NCBI GenBank assembly: GCA_002479455.1
Contig: DLNB01000045.1
Coordinates: 141 to 64,140 of the forward strand
Origin: Acetothermia bacterium UBA7521
GTDB lineage: Bacteria > Bipolaricaulota > Bipolaricaulia > Bipolaricaulales > Bipolaricaulaceae
Reading direction: 5' to 3'
DNA: 64,000 bases
Part shown: piece by piece, positions 34,182 to 49,235 of the stretch
Layout of the letters: each line of letters starts with the position of its first letter
How positions within the stretch are numbered: the first letter of the stretch is position 1
The notes under the pieces: generated by a model
Databases searched by the model: none
Seen by the model: the letters and a program-made list of their open reading frames with translations, nothing else
What the model was told of the DNA's origin: nothing
Position numbers and translations under genes: made by a program

Positions 34182-34183
34182 CC

Positions 34184-37136
<2,953 letters not shown>

Positions 37137-37143
37137 ATCGTGG

Positions 37144-38427
37144 CTACCGAACTCGATTTCCGTCGTCTTCCGTGCTATCGGTCCTCACCCCCACAACGTG
37201 TTCGGACGCCGCCTCCACAAGGCGCACCGGAACAATTGTACCGCGCGGCGTCCCCTCTCCTCCCCGCACCTCTACCCACAGGTAGTTCTCGCTCCGGCCC
37301 CATGCCCTGCCGTCACCCTCATCCTCCACCGCCACCTCGACCGTCTCCCCTACGAACCTCCGCCGGACAGATCTGACCCACCCGTCAGCGAGTTCAGCGA
37401 GTTCGGCCGCCCGCCGGGCGGAGTCCTCGGGGGAGACCCGAGGAGAGAGCCGCGTCGCCCTCGTCTCAGGTCGAGGCGAATACCGAAAGACGTGCACGTT
37501 GAGGGGCGTGAGCGAGTTGAGGGTCTCCACCGTGCGCGCGAACGCCGCTTCATCCTCCCCCGGGAACCCCACCATCGCGTCAGCGCCCAAAGTGGCGTGC
37601 GGGACGGACGTGAGGAACGCCTGGGCTCGATCGACATACTCGCCCCGCGTGTAGGGACGTCCCATGCTGTTCAAGACGGCATCGTCACCGGACTGGAGGG
37701 GAAGGTGAAGGTACGGGCACAGGCGCCGCTCTTGGGCGAAGAGGGCGACCAGATCATCGGTTACCCCGTTCGGGTTGAGGGATGAGAGCCGGATCCGAAC
37801 GCGGGGCACCTTCAGGACCTCGACGAGCAGATCGAGAAACCTCGGCTGGGAAGGGAGATCCTGTCCGTACTGAGCGAGGTTGATCCCCACGAGGACGATC
37901 TCGCGGTGGCCGGCTTGAGCCAGGGCCTCCGCCTCGGCCCGTGCTGTTGGTGGTGTCTTGCTCCGCAACGGACCCCGCACCTGCCACGTCCGGCAGAACG
38001 AACAGCCTACCGTGCAACCGTCCTGGACCTTGAGGACAGCACGTACGCGGGGTTCGGCGCCGGAGAGGAACTCCTTGTCCAGGGCTTCCCACTCCCCTTC
38101 CCACGAACTCCCGTTGAGGAAGAGGCGGATCACCTCGGCGGCCCGTCGCTTGTCCCGGTTTCCCACAATCAGGTCCGCCCCCGCGTTCCGAAGACTCCCT
38201 CCCGCCCCGTCCGCACCGCAGCCTACGGCCACAACGAGGGCTTGCGGGTGTTCCCGTCGCACGCGGGCGACGAGCTGGCGAGACTTCCGATCCGCAAGCC
38301 CGGTCACGGTACACGTGTTCACAATGTGAACGTCCCGCGGCCCACTGAGGCCCGCCAGATGCTCGGTGAGAACCTGCGACTCGTACTGGTTGACCCGGCA
38401 CCCCAATGTGTGGACGACGACGCTCAT
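37144..38427 (-). CDS. mtaB: radical SAM methylthiotransferase, MiaB/MtaB family (MtaB-like)
   Basis: The start is taken at ATG 38427 (ATGA overlap with the AMMECR1 stop). The UPF0004 N-domain is [11 protein letters not shown]...VNTCTVT. The rSAM motif is [13 protein letters not shown]-like C-terminus is present. Confidence 0.75.
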   Translation of the reverse strand: MSVVVHTLGCRVNQYESQVLTEHLAGLSGPRDVHIVNTCTVTGLADRKSRQLVARVRREHPQALVVAVGCGADGAGGSLRNAGADLIVGNRDKRRAAEVIRLFLNGSSWEGEWEALDKEFLSGAEPRVRAVLKVQDGCTVGCSFCRTWQVRGPLRSKTPPTARAEAEALAQAGHREIVLVGINLAQYGQDLPSQPRFLDLLVEVLKVPRVRIRLSSLNPNGVTDDLVALFAQERRLCPYLHLPLQSGDDAVLNSMGRPYTRGEYVDRAQAFLTSVPHATLGADAMVGFPGEDEAAFARTVETLNSLTPLNVHVFRYSPRPETRATRLSPRVSPEDSARRAAELAELADGWVRSVRRRFVGETVEVAVEDEGDGRAWGRSENYLWVEVRGGEGTPRGTIVPVRLVEAASEHVVGVRTDSTEDDGNRVR

Positions 38428-38978
38428 TCCGTGTGTCGCTCCACCGTGAACCGCCACATCTGGCATGGTTCGTCGGGGGAGATCCCGGCCTTCAGCCGGG
38501 CGATCCGAAGCTGATCCTCGACCGTGTCCACGCCCGAGAGGTCGGGAAGGAGGAGACCCCGCCGCCACCCAGATTGGACGATCACCCCGTACCGTCGCGG
38601 ATCGAGATCGGCCATCTCGCACGGCTCGGGCGAGGAGAGCACATCCACCGACACCGAAATCTCCGGAAGCTCGTAAGGGGCAACGGGAGGGAACCGGGGG
38701 TCTTCGGTTGCGGCGCGGATTGCGTTGGAGATGATCTCTCCGGCGAGAGTGTCCTCGCTCGGCTCGTAGGTGCCGATGCACCCCCGGAGCACACCCCTCT
38801 TCTTGAGGGACACGAACGCCCCCGCGCGGCGAGCGGACAGCTCCGACGGCAGGTTTGGGGGCGGAGAGAATCGCCTCCCGCTGCGCACGTGCTCCTCAAG
38901 GGTCAACCGAGCCAAAGCCACGTACGGATCGTGACTCCTCACGGATAGGGAGCGTACCGCACTTGCGGCTTCTGTCAA
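38424..38978 (-). CDS. AMMECR1-domain protein (AmmeMemoRadiSam system protein A-like)
   Basis: [19 protein letters not shown]......L..EI..NAI.AAT.DPRFPPV...EL.EI.VSVDVLS.PE...[16 protein letters not shown] is the AMMECR1 signature. Confidence 0.85.
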   Translation of the reverse strand: MTEAASAVRSLSVRSHDPYVALARLTLEEHVRSGRRFSPPPNLPSELSARRAGAFVSLKKRGVLRGCIGTYEPSEDTLAGEIISNAIRAATEDPRFPPVAPYELPEISVSVDVLSSPEPCEMADLDPRRYGVIVQSGWRRGLLLPDLSGVDTVEDQLRIARLKAGISPDEPCQMWRFTVERHTE

Positions 38979-39025
38979 CCACTCATTTGACGGGCCACCC
39001 GCTGCGGGGCTACCCTCTATCCGTT

Positions 39026-40180
39026 ATGCGACGGGTGGCGATCGGTGTCGGGTTGGTGCTCACCGCGGTAGCGGTGACCTTGTTCATCTTGTTCTCGCAG
39101 ACCGAGGTCGCCCGCACGTTCCGCCAGGGGGCGCCGGTGTGCGTGCTGGTGGTGGGGGTGGACGAGGGAGTTCCCGATGCGGGGGCAGACACGGTGTCGG
39201 TGGCCATCCTTCAACCGGGCGGCAGAGCCACGTGGATCAGCATTCCTCCTGACCTTGTCTGGCCCACTGCAACGGGATGGACGTCGCTTCACATGCTGTA
39301 CGCGCACGAGGGAATCGCCGGGATCTCCCGCCGGTTGAGTCTTCTCCTCGAGATCACCCTCCCCTACTGGGTCGTGGTGGACTTCGCCGCGCTACGCACA
39401 GTGGTCGACGCAGTCGGAGGGGTGGAACTCACGGTGGAGGAGCGGCTTGTCTACCAGGATCGTTCCCGGAACCTGTTCATCGACGTCCCTCCCGGGAGAC
39501 AGGTGCTCGACGGAACCGCCGCGGCCGACTTTGTGCGCTACCACGATGGAGATGAGTCCGGGCGGCTCGCCCGCCACCACCAGTTCCTGGGGGCGCTTCT
39601 GGAGAAGGCCCGGGCCGTTCCCGCTAACCGGTGGCGAGCCACGGCTGAGACTGTTCGGAACGCAGTCCAGACGAACCTCTCCCTGTGGGAAACCCTGGAT
39701 CTGGTGCGGGCGCTCAGCGGCGCTACACCGGATCGGGTCATGTTCGTCATCGCACCAACTGCGCCACGCGCTGGGGCCACCCGCAATCTAGTCCCCGACC
39801 TGGTCCGCCTGCGCCAACTCACCCAATCCTCGGTGCGTGGATCGTCGTTCCTCACCCGAGACGAGATCCGGGTGCTGGTTCTCAACGGGACAGGACAGAA
39901 GCTCCTCGCCACGCGGACCGGAGCCTGGTTGGCCGACCTCGGGTTCACGGTGACGGGGACCGCGGATGCCGATCGTTCGAACTACCCCCGGACCTACATC
40001 GTCGCCCGGGAGGATGCCCGGGCTAAAGGCCAAGCGGTGTTCGAGGTCATCCCCACGGGCGTTCAATCTTCCGTTCAGGTACAGACCGACCGCGAGTTCG
40101 ACCTGGCGCGGATCGGCGGATGGCCGCAACATACCGACGTGATCCTCATCTTGGGAGCAGCGTTCGATGTCCGGCCCTGA
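39026..40180 (+). CDS. LytR-CpsA-Psr (LCP) family protein with a LytR_C domain
   Basis: The start is taken at ATG 39026. TM anchor VAIGVGLVLTAVAVTLFILF, then VLVVGVDEG...ADTVSVAIL....ISIPPD, and C-terminal IRVLVLNGTGQKLLA......LGFTV. Confidence 0.75.
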   Translation: MRRVAIGVGLVLTAVAVTLFILFSQTEVARTFRQGAPVCVLVVGVDEGVPDAGADTVSVAILQPGGRATWISIPPDLVWPTATGWTSLHMLYAHEGIAGISRRLSLLLEITLPYWVVVDFAALRTVVDAVGGVELTVEERLVYQDRSRNLFIDVPPGRQVLDGTAAADFVRYHDGDESGRLARHHQFLGALLEKARAVPANRWRATAETVRNAVQTNLSLWETLDLVRALSGATPDRVMFVIAPTAPRAGATRNLVPDLVRLRQLTQSSVRGSSFLTRDEIRVLVLNGTGQKLLATRTGAWLADLGFTVTGTADADRSNYPRTYIVAREDARAKGQAVFEVIPTGVQSSVQVQTDREFDLARIGGWPQHTDVILILGAAFDVRP

Positions 40181-40532
40181 GCGCGACCTTCTTGACCGAG
40201 CGGCCCAGATCATCGAGGCAAAGAAGGCCGCCCGTCTGACCGTGATCGATGTTGGGGGATCCTCGATTCCGACTGGCTATTTTCTCGTCGCCAGCGGCGA
40301 GAACCCCGTCCATGTAAGGGCGCTGGGGAACGAACTCCTCGCGAAGATGCCCCTCGCTCCCCGGCACGTGGAGGGACTACGGGAGGGCCGGTGGGCCCTT
40401 CTCGACTACGGAGATTTCATCGTTCACCTCTTCCATGACGAGGTGAGGGCGTTCTACGACATCGAGGGCCTGTGGCCGGGACACCAGGTGGTCCCCTGGC
40501 CGGGCTTGCGCTCCCCCCGTCCCTCGCTATAA
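40167..40532 (+). CDS. rsfS: ribosome silencing factor
   Basis: A..I.E.KKA..L.VIDV...S...DYF.VASG......RAL...L.........EG.....W.L.DYGD.IVH.F....R..YD.E.LW is the RsfS/iojap pattern. Confidence 0.85.
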   Translation: MSGPERDLLDRAAQIIEAKKAARLTVIDVGGSSIPTGYFLVASGENPVHVRALGNELLAKMPLAPRHVEGLREGRWALLDYGDFIVHLFHDEVRAFYDIEGLWPGHQVVPWPGLRSPRPSL

Positions 40533-40624
40533 TGCCCCCTCGGTTACAGCCCCTGCCGTGGGGCAGGGGCCGCTGTGCACTTGGACGACAATCCGGTCCT
40601 TGACAAGTGAATAGAGCGTCTGCT

Positions 40625-43648
<3,024 letters not shown>

Positions 43649-43686
43649 CGGACGCTCTATTCACTTCTCAAGGCCGATGTGGAGAT

Positions 43687-43805
<119 letters not shown>

Positions 43806-43846
43806 TCCTTTTTTTCTTCCCCTCCATCCGCTATTCTCCCCTGTCC

Positions 43847-45331
43847 ATGACCGACCCTACCGATCGCCTCTCTCTGTACCGCCGGTTCCGCCCGCAGCGA
43901 TTTGGGGAGATCGTTGGGCAGGACCTCCTCGTCGCCACGCTTCGCCGCGCCGTGGCTGGCGGGAAGCTCACCCACGCCTACCTCCTCTCCGGCCAGCGCG
44001 GGGTCGGGAAGACGTCGGTGGCGCGGATCCTCGCTCGGGCCGTGAACTGCCTCGCACTGGAAGACGGAGAGCCCTGTAACCGCTGCGAGTCCTGTCACCG
44101 CATCCTCGCCGGTCAGTCCCTCGACGTGGTGGAGATCGACGGAGCATCCAACCGTGGGGTCGATCAGATCCGGCGGCTGCGGGAAGAGGTGGCGTACGTT
44201 CCCGCGGGGAGCCGGCGCAAGGTGTACATCATCGACGAGGTGCACATGCTCACCGGCGAGGCGTTCAACGCCCTCCTCAAGACGCTCGAGGAACCCCCGC
44301 CCCACATCCTGTTCGTCTTCGCCACCACCGAACCGCACAAGGTCCCCGCGACGGTGATCTCGCGCTGCCAGGCGTTCGAGTTCCAGCCCATCGGCGAGAG
44401 TGCGATCGCCCGCGTCTTGCACACGATCGCCCAAGCGGAAGGGATCGCCCTCGCTCCTACAGCAGCCGACCTCATCGCCCGACGCAGCCGCGGCGCGCTG
44501 CGGGACGCCCTGGTCGTCCTCGATCAGCTGGGGCACACGGGTGAGGTCACGGAAGAGGCCGTGGTGGAACTCCTCGGTCTTCCCCCCCTCTCCATGTTGG
44601 ACGGATTCCTCGACGCCCTCGTCGGACGCAACGCTGACGAGGCACTTTCCATGGTTGCCGATCTTTCCGCGCGGGGTCGAGACCTCGCCTTGTTTCTCGA
44701 AGAGGCGGCCAGCCGAGCGAGAGATCGGATCATCACTGGCGAGCCGCCCCTCATCCCCATCGCCCAACGGCTGATCGAGCTCCGGGGCGAGATGGGTCGG
44801 GCGTTCTCGCGTCGCCTCCACGTGGAGATGGCGATCGTCGCCCTGTGCGGTCCGCCGCAGAACAGGAAGCCGCCCGCCTCCTCCGTTCAGAGCGAGGTCG
44901 ACGTACTTCCCCTGGCTACCCCGCACGGCGCAGCCCGCGGAACCAACAAGCAGCGGATCGAGAAAGCCGCACCGGCATCCGAGGAGAGACAGACTCAAGA
45001 GGGAGCGGCGTGGCCGGCGATGCTCGCGGCCGTGTTCGCGGAACGGGTCTCGGTAGCGGCGTTCCTCTACCCGGCCGAGGCGACGTGGGCGGATGGCCTC
45101 CTCACGATCCGCCTTCCAGCCGACTGCGGGTACCACTTCGAGTCCCTTCGTGATCCCGCCGTACATGGGTACGTGGAGACGGTGGCCCACAGGTTCTTCG
45201 ACCCTCTGCTCACCGTGCATCTGTCGTGGGCCGGTGAGACTCAGAAGCTAACGTTGGAAGAAGGAGCGAGAATCCTCGCCGAGGCATTGGAAGGAACGAT
45301 CCTACGGGAGGGAGACAATGGGAACAGGTGA
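43847..45331 (+). CDS. dnaX: DNA polymerase III subunit gamma/tau
   Basis: YRRFRPQRFGEIVGQD...HAYLLSGQRGVGKTS...C..C..C, IIDEVHML and LKTLEEPP. Confidence 0.9.
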   Translation: MTDPTDRLSLYRRFRPQRFGEIVGQDLLVATLRRAVAGGKLTHAYLLSGQRGVGKTSVARILARAVNCLALEDGEPCNRCESCHRILAGQSLDVVEIDGASNRGVDQIRRLREEVAYVPAGSRRKVYIIDEVHMLTGEAFNALLKTLEEPPPHILFVFATTEPHKVPATVISRCQAFEFQPIGESAIARVLHTIAQAEGIALAPTAADLIARRSRGALRDALVVLDQLGHTGEVTEEAVVELLGLPPLSMLDGFLDALVGRNADEALSMVADLSARGRDLALFLEEAASRARDRIITGEPPLIPIAQRLIELRGEMGRAFSRRLHVEMAIVALCGPPQNRKPPASSVQSEVDVLPLATPHGAARGTNKQRIEKAAPASEERQTQEGAAWPAMLAAVFAERVSVAAFLYPAEATWADGLLTIRLPADCGYHFESLRDPAVHGYVETVAHRFFDPLLTVHLSWAGETQKLTLEEGARILAEALEGTILREGDNGNR

Positions 45332-45635
45332 TCTGCGGAACCTGATGAAGGAGGCGCAACGCCTCCAGACGCAGATGGCGGAGAACCAGCGCAAGTTGGC
45401 CGAGACCGAAGTGGAAGCCACCTCAGGCGGTGGCGTGGTCAAGGCCGCGGTGAACGGTCACGGGGAGATCCTGAAGGTCGAGATCTCCCCTGATGTGGCG
45501 CGGTCTGAAGACGTCGAACTGTTGGCTGATCTCGTCGTCGCAGCGGTCCGCGAGGCCCAGGCAAAAGCCAAGGAACTCGTCCAAAAGACGATGGCCCCCC
45601 TGACGCGGCTCCTCCCTCCGGGATTTGGCGGATGA
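45318..45635 (+). CDS. ybaB: YbaB/EbfC nucleoid-associated protein
   Basis: NLMKEAQRLQ..M...Q..L...EVEATSGGGVVKA.VNG.GEI..V.I.P. Canonical dnaX-ybaB-recR order. Confidence 0.9.
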   Translation: MGTGDLRNLMKEAQRLQTQMAENQRKLAETEVEATSGGGVVKAAVNGHGEILKVEISPDVARSEDVELLADLVVAAVREAQAKAKELVQKTMAPLTRLLPPGFGG

Positions 45636-46216
45636 TCGCTCCCCTCGAAGATCTCCTCGCCACCTTGTCCCGCCTGCCGGGGATCGGACGACGATCGGCA
45701 GAGCGGATCGCGTTCTTCCTCCTCGCCAAGCCGGAGGAAGGAAGAAGGCTCACGGCGACCCTGGCCGGACTCGACCGCATCACCCGCTGCCCGCGGTGCG
45801 GGAACTTCGCCACCGATGGCCCGTGCGCGATCTGCCGCGACCCCAAGCGCGATGGAACAATGCTCTGCGTCGTCGCCCGGCCGTGGGAGATCCCCCACAT
45901 CGAGAAGACGGGGGAGTACCGAGGCCGCTACCACGTGTTGGGAGGGCTCATCTCTCCAAGCCAGGACATCGGTCCCGACGACCTCGCCGTGGCCAGCCTC
46001 GTGGAACGGGTAAAGGTCGAGGGCGTTCGGGAAGTGATCCTTGCCCTCGAGCCCAAGCTCGACGGCGACCTCACCGCGATGCACCTGCTACGGGTTCTCA
46101 AGCCGTTGGGCATAGCAGTCTCGCAGCTTGCCCACGGGATCCCCGTGGGGCGGGACCTCGAATCCGCCGACGAACTCACGCTCGGCCGCGCCCTCAAAGG
46201 GCGTACTCAGCTCTAG
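45632..46216 (+). CDS. recR: recombination protein RecR
   Basis: L...L..LPGIG.RSAERIAF.LL, the Zn finger C..CGN......C.IC and the Toprim segment VV....D....E..GEYRG.YHVLGG. Confidence 0.9.
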   Translation: MIAPLEDLLATLSRLPGIGRRSAERIAFFLLAKPEEGRRLTATLAGLDRITRCPRCGNFATDGPCAICRDPKRDGTMLCVVARPWEIPHIEKTGEYRGRYHVLGGLISPSQDIGPDDLAVASLVERVKVEGVREVILALEPKLDGDLTAMHLLRVLKPLGIAVSQLAHGIPVGRDLESADELTLGRALKGRTQL

Positions 46217-46418
46217 GTCGTTGACCTGGTCTGAGAAACAGAGGGAGTACCGCGGGCGTGTCTCGATGGGAGTAGAGGCAGTATCCTAAGGCGGTCTTGG
46301 ATCCACGACGAGAGCGCCGGGCAGACAAGCCTTTGAACCACAACGGGTGTGCAGATCGCGTGATGCACCCCGCGGCAGGGATTCGGCTTGGCATGGGTGG
46401 CTGCACGGAGAGAATCGC

Positions 46419-47097
46419 ATGACGCCTGACACCCGCCAGCTTCTGCTCGACTCGCTGCCGATCCAGACCGGAGAGGCGCGAGTGCGATGGTGGCAGCAGT
46501 CGGATCTGGATTGCCTGGTCGCGTGGCCCGACTACCCGTTCCCGTACCAGGAAGTTCGCGTTCAGTTTCCGCGCTGAGCCATTTGAGAGGCGGCAAGACC
46601 TCTTTCAGAGACGGAAGAGCGATCGCAGTCGCATCACCCTGGTCGCGGACTCCGAAAGCCGCGGGCTGGTCGCTTATGTCGCGCTCCTGGGCATTGACTG
46701 GAACCTCCTAGAGGTTGGTTCCCTCTCGGTCCGCGTGCACCCCCACCAGTGCGACCAAGGGATCGGGACCGAGGTGCTGGGCAAGGTGGTTGGGTGGACG
46801 TTTGCAGGTGGGGTGCGCAGCATTGCCCTCGACGTGGCAGCCTCCAACGGGCGCGCGATCCGATGCTACGAGAAGGTTGGCTTTTCCGATGTCGGCGCGA
46901 TCTGGCGGCCTTTCTCCTTCCCAACTGGCACCGGCAGGGTTCCACAGACGGCGCAGGCCGTTGCCGAAAATCCAGACCTCGCGTTTCTTCTTCCGCACAT
47001 TCGGAAGCGTCATAGCGGGTGGGAACTTCGCTTCAGACGCATGGAGATCCGGAACGCGACCCCAAAAGCAACGCACTTCGAAAGCTCGCGCCGCTAA
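46419..47097 (+). pseudogene. GNAT-family acetyltransferase interrupted by a frameshift
   Basis: The N-terminal part (MTPDTRQLLLDSLPIQTGEARVRWWQQSDLDCLVAWPDYPFPY...) stops at 46577. The rest (...AEPFERRQDLFQRRKSDRSRITLVADSESRGLVAYVALLGIDWNLLEVGSLSVRVHPHQCDQGIGTEVLG...LDVAASNGRAIRCYEKVGF) continues in the +1 frame, which has no plausible start of its own before GTG 46735. Confidence 0.6.
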
Positions 47098-47665
47098 CCT
47101 CCTTCAGCTGACAACCCGCCTCTCGAGGTGAGGTCGGGCTTGGAAGACAGGCTCGAGGACGAAGCAGGGATGCCAAGGAAGGGACAAGCCCCTGAAGAGA
47201 TCGTCACCGAGCCGTGCCGCACGCGAGGAGATACGATCAGCGACTCAGGACAGCGCGCCTCTGTCAGAGATCCGCAAAAAACACCGATACGTAGGGCATC
47301 ACAGGATCTGGTGCGCCCGAGCGGACGCGTCTGGAGTCTCACCCGACCAAGAGCGGCGGAGGTCCGGCTACCGCTCGTCGCTGCCCGAATCCGCGGGTCG
47401 GGGCGAAGCGGCGCGAACACACAAGAAAACGCGACCTCATCCCCGTCTGAGAAACCGAACGCCCGCGCACTCCATCGCGAGACGGCTTGGTTTCGGCGCC
47501 GCAGCGTAAGGCCGACAGACCAAGGTCTGGATCCGATATCGTTGCACCCGGTGGGAGTGCCCACGTCGTCCCAGTTTCCAGCGTTCGAACTGGGCCTCTC
47601 TCTGGGGGGGCAGGTCCAACCTCATCTTCCTGGCAATAACCGCCTGGCGCACCAAGAAAGGAGGC

Positions 47666-47695
47666 TTGACAGGGCAGGGCGCCAGCTGTTATGGT
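47666..47695 (+). promoter_or_regulatory. candidate sigma-70 promoter (extended -10) for the island's first gene
   Basis: TTGACA-18 nt (ending in TGT)-TATGGT. The ~80-nt leader contains the hairpin GGAGC...GCTCC and ends in GGAGGAGGAG before ATG 47779. Confidence 0.5.
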
Positions 47696-47778
47696 AGATA
47701 GCTGAGGTTGGAGCCGTAACGGGTTCCCGTGGTTGCTCCAGCCAAGTCACACACCTGTTGCAGGCGAGGAGGAGGAGT

Positions 47779-49116
47779 ATGGCAAAGAAGCTCGGAGTAG
47801 GCGTCGTTCTTCTGTTGATGTCCCTCATGGTTCTCGGCCTGACTGCGGTTGGCTCCACCCGGTTCCAAGCGATCGCTGGCGACTACCAGATCGACATCAC
47901 TCGGATGGGAATGCCATTGGTGTTCTACTTGCGGATCTGGGCCGATGGCACGTTCATGCTCTCGCCCAACACCAGGTTCGATCCCAGCGAGATCCGTGGC
48001 GAGGGGCGTATCGCCGAGAGCCAGGGTGTGCACATGATGATCTACAAGGAGCACACTCCCGACAATCCCAAGACCGCTACCTTTGTGCTCGACGGTCCAA
48101 ACCTCGTGTTCCAGTCTCGTCTGCCCTACGGCCAAAGCAACATTCTGAATGAGGCCGAAGATCCAGATGATCCGGAGATCGTGTACACCCTAACAGCGGA
48201 CACCCTGGCCTTGTCCGAGTACTACGGTACCTATGTCGGCTCCCATTCCACCCAAGCGATGGGCGCAACGGTTGACTACGTGTACACCCTTCAACTCAAA
48301 GCAGGTCTGCGCTACGTCTTCACCAGCGAGTTCACGATGGGGGGGACGGCCTACACCTATCGTGAAACTGGAAGTTGGAATGTGTCCGGAGAGCAGTTCA
48401 CCCTCGATCCCGCTGACGAGCCATCGGTGCAGGGGACGATCACCGCCGATGGCCGCATCACGATTGGCATCCGCCCCTCGGCCATGGCTGCAGCCAGGAC
48501 GGACAGGCTTCTCCGCATCGCGACCCACGCCCACGTAGCTGGCACGTACTTCGCCGAGAAATCCACCGCCATGTACACCGCCAAAGCGACCCTGGTTCTG
48601 GACATGTTTGGCAGCTATCGCTACACCGTGGACGTTGGGCAGCCTCAGCCCTATGAGGAGTCGGGATCGTACGACGTCATCGGCACGACGATCACGTTCG
48701 AGCCAGAAGGCGGGACTGCGTATAGCGCAACACTGGAGAACCTGGTGTTGACCGGAAACTTCCGGGTGATTGGTGCCATGCCGGCGACGCAGATGATCAT
48801 GTACGGTCGGGCTGTCCAGGGGACCTTTGCCGGCACGGCAACGCACGAGGGAGTTGAGTACAAGGCTCTTCTGACTCTCAACCCGAACGGGACGTACAAA
48901 TTGCTGGTCTCCGATGCTGCTGGACAAACGGTCATCGACAGCACGGGAACCTTCCAGATGCGGCGAGCGATGACCCTCAACGTGGTGTTGGTGGGGATCG
49001 ATCCGGCTCCGATATGCTCCGTCAGCGAGTCCGGGCTGAACTTCAGCATCATTCTCCCGGGCATGACTGCCACCACAGGTATGGGCGGTCTGGGCTTCAG
49101 TCTGAGAAGACAGTGA
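47779..49116 (+). CDS. secreted protein with four tandem lipocalin-like (NlpE-N/META-like) repeats
   Basis: The start is taken at ATG 47779 with GGAGGAGGAG upstream. Signal/anchor MAKKLGVGVVLLLMSLMVLGLTAVG. The recurring module is G(D/T)Y.....(Y/F).L.L...G(T/S)Y.....G....E(S/T)G.(W/Y).V.G...T..P, seen four times by eye. Confidence 0.7.
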   Translation: MAKKLGVGVVLLLMSLMVLGLTAVGSTRFQAIAGDYQIDITRMGMPLVFYLRIWADGTFMLSPNTRFDPSEIRGEGRIAESQGVHMMIYKEHTPDNPKTATFVLDGPNLVFQSRLPYGQSNILNEAEDPDDPEIVYTLTADTLALSEYYGTYVGSHSTQAMGATVDYVYTLQLKAGLRYVFTSEFTMGGTAYTYRETGSWNVSGEQFTLDPADEPSVQGTITADGRITIGIRPSAMAAARTDRLLRIATHAHVAGTYFAEKSTAMYTAKATLVLDMFGSYRYTVDVGQPQPYEESGSYDVIGTTITFEPEGGTAYSATLENLVLTGNFRVIGAMPATQMIMYGRAVQGTFAGTATHEGVEYKALLTLNPNGTYKLLVSDAAGQTVIDSTGTFQMRRAMTLNVVLVGIDPAPICSVSESGLNFSIILPGMTATTGMGGLGFSLRRQ

Positions 49117-49146
49117 GGCCGTGAGCTGCCAGGATAGCCAACTTGA

Positions 49147-49182
49147 CCCCGCCAGGCTTGGCATGGTCTGAGCCTGGCGGGG
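49147..49182 (+). terminator. strong GC hairpin after the repeat-protein gene (no T-tract)
   Basis: CCCCGCCAGGCT-12 nt-AGCCTGGCGGGG, a perfect 12-bp stem. Confidence 0.4.
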
Positions 49183-49235
49183 CCTTCCTGCTGCGGACAG
49201 GGCAGATGCTCATCATCATTCATAGGGAGGAGGGG

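Noticed and set aside
43847-45331. Programmed frameshift or slippery A-run in dnaX for gamma/tau production.
   Set aside because: No A AAA AAG-type heptamer or long A-run is visible in the gene.
47606-47622. GGCAGGTCCAACCT as a possible attL-type repeat of the tRNA-Arg 3' end (GGCAGGATTTGAACCT).
   Set aside because: Only about 12 of 16 positions match, with an indel. That is not distinguishable from chance without a statistical search.
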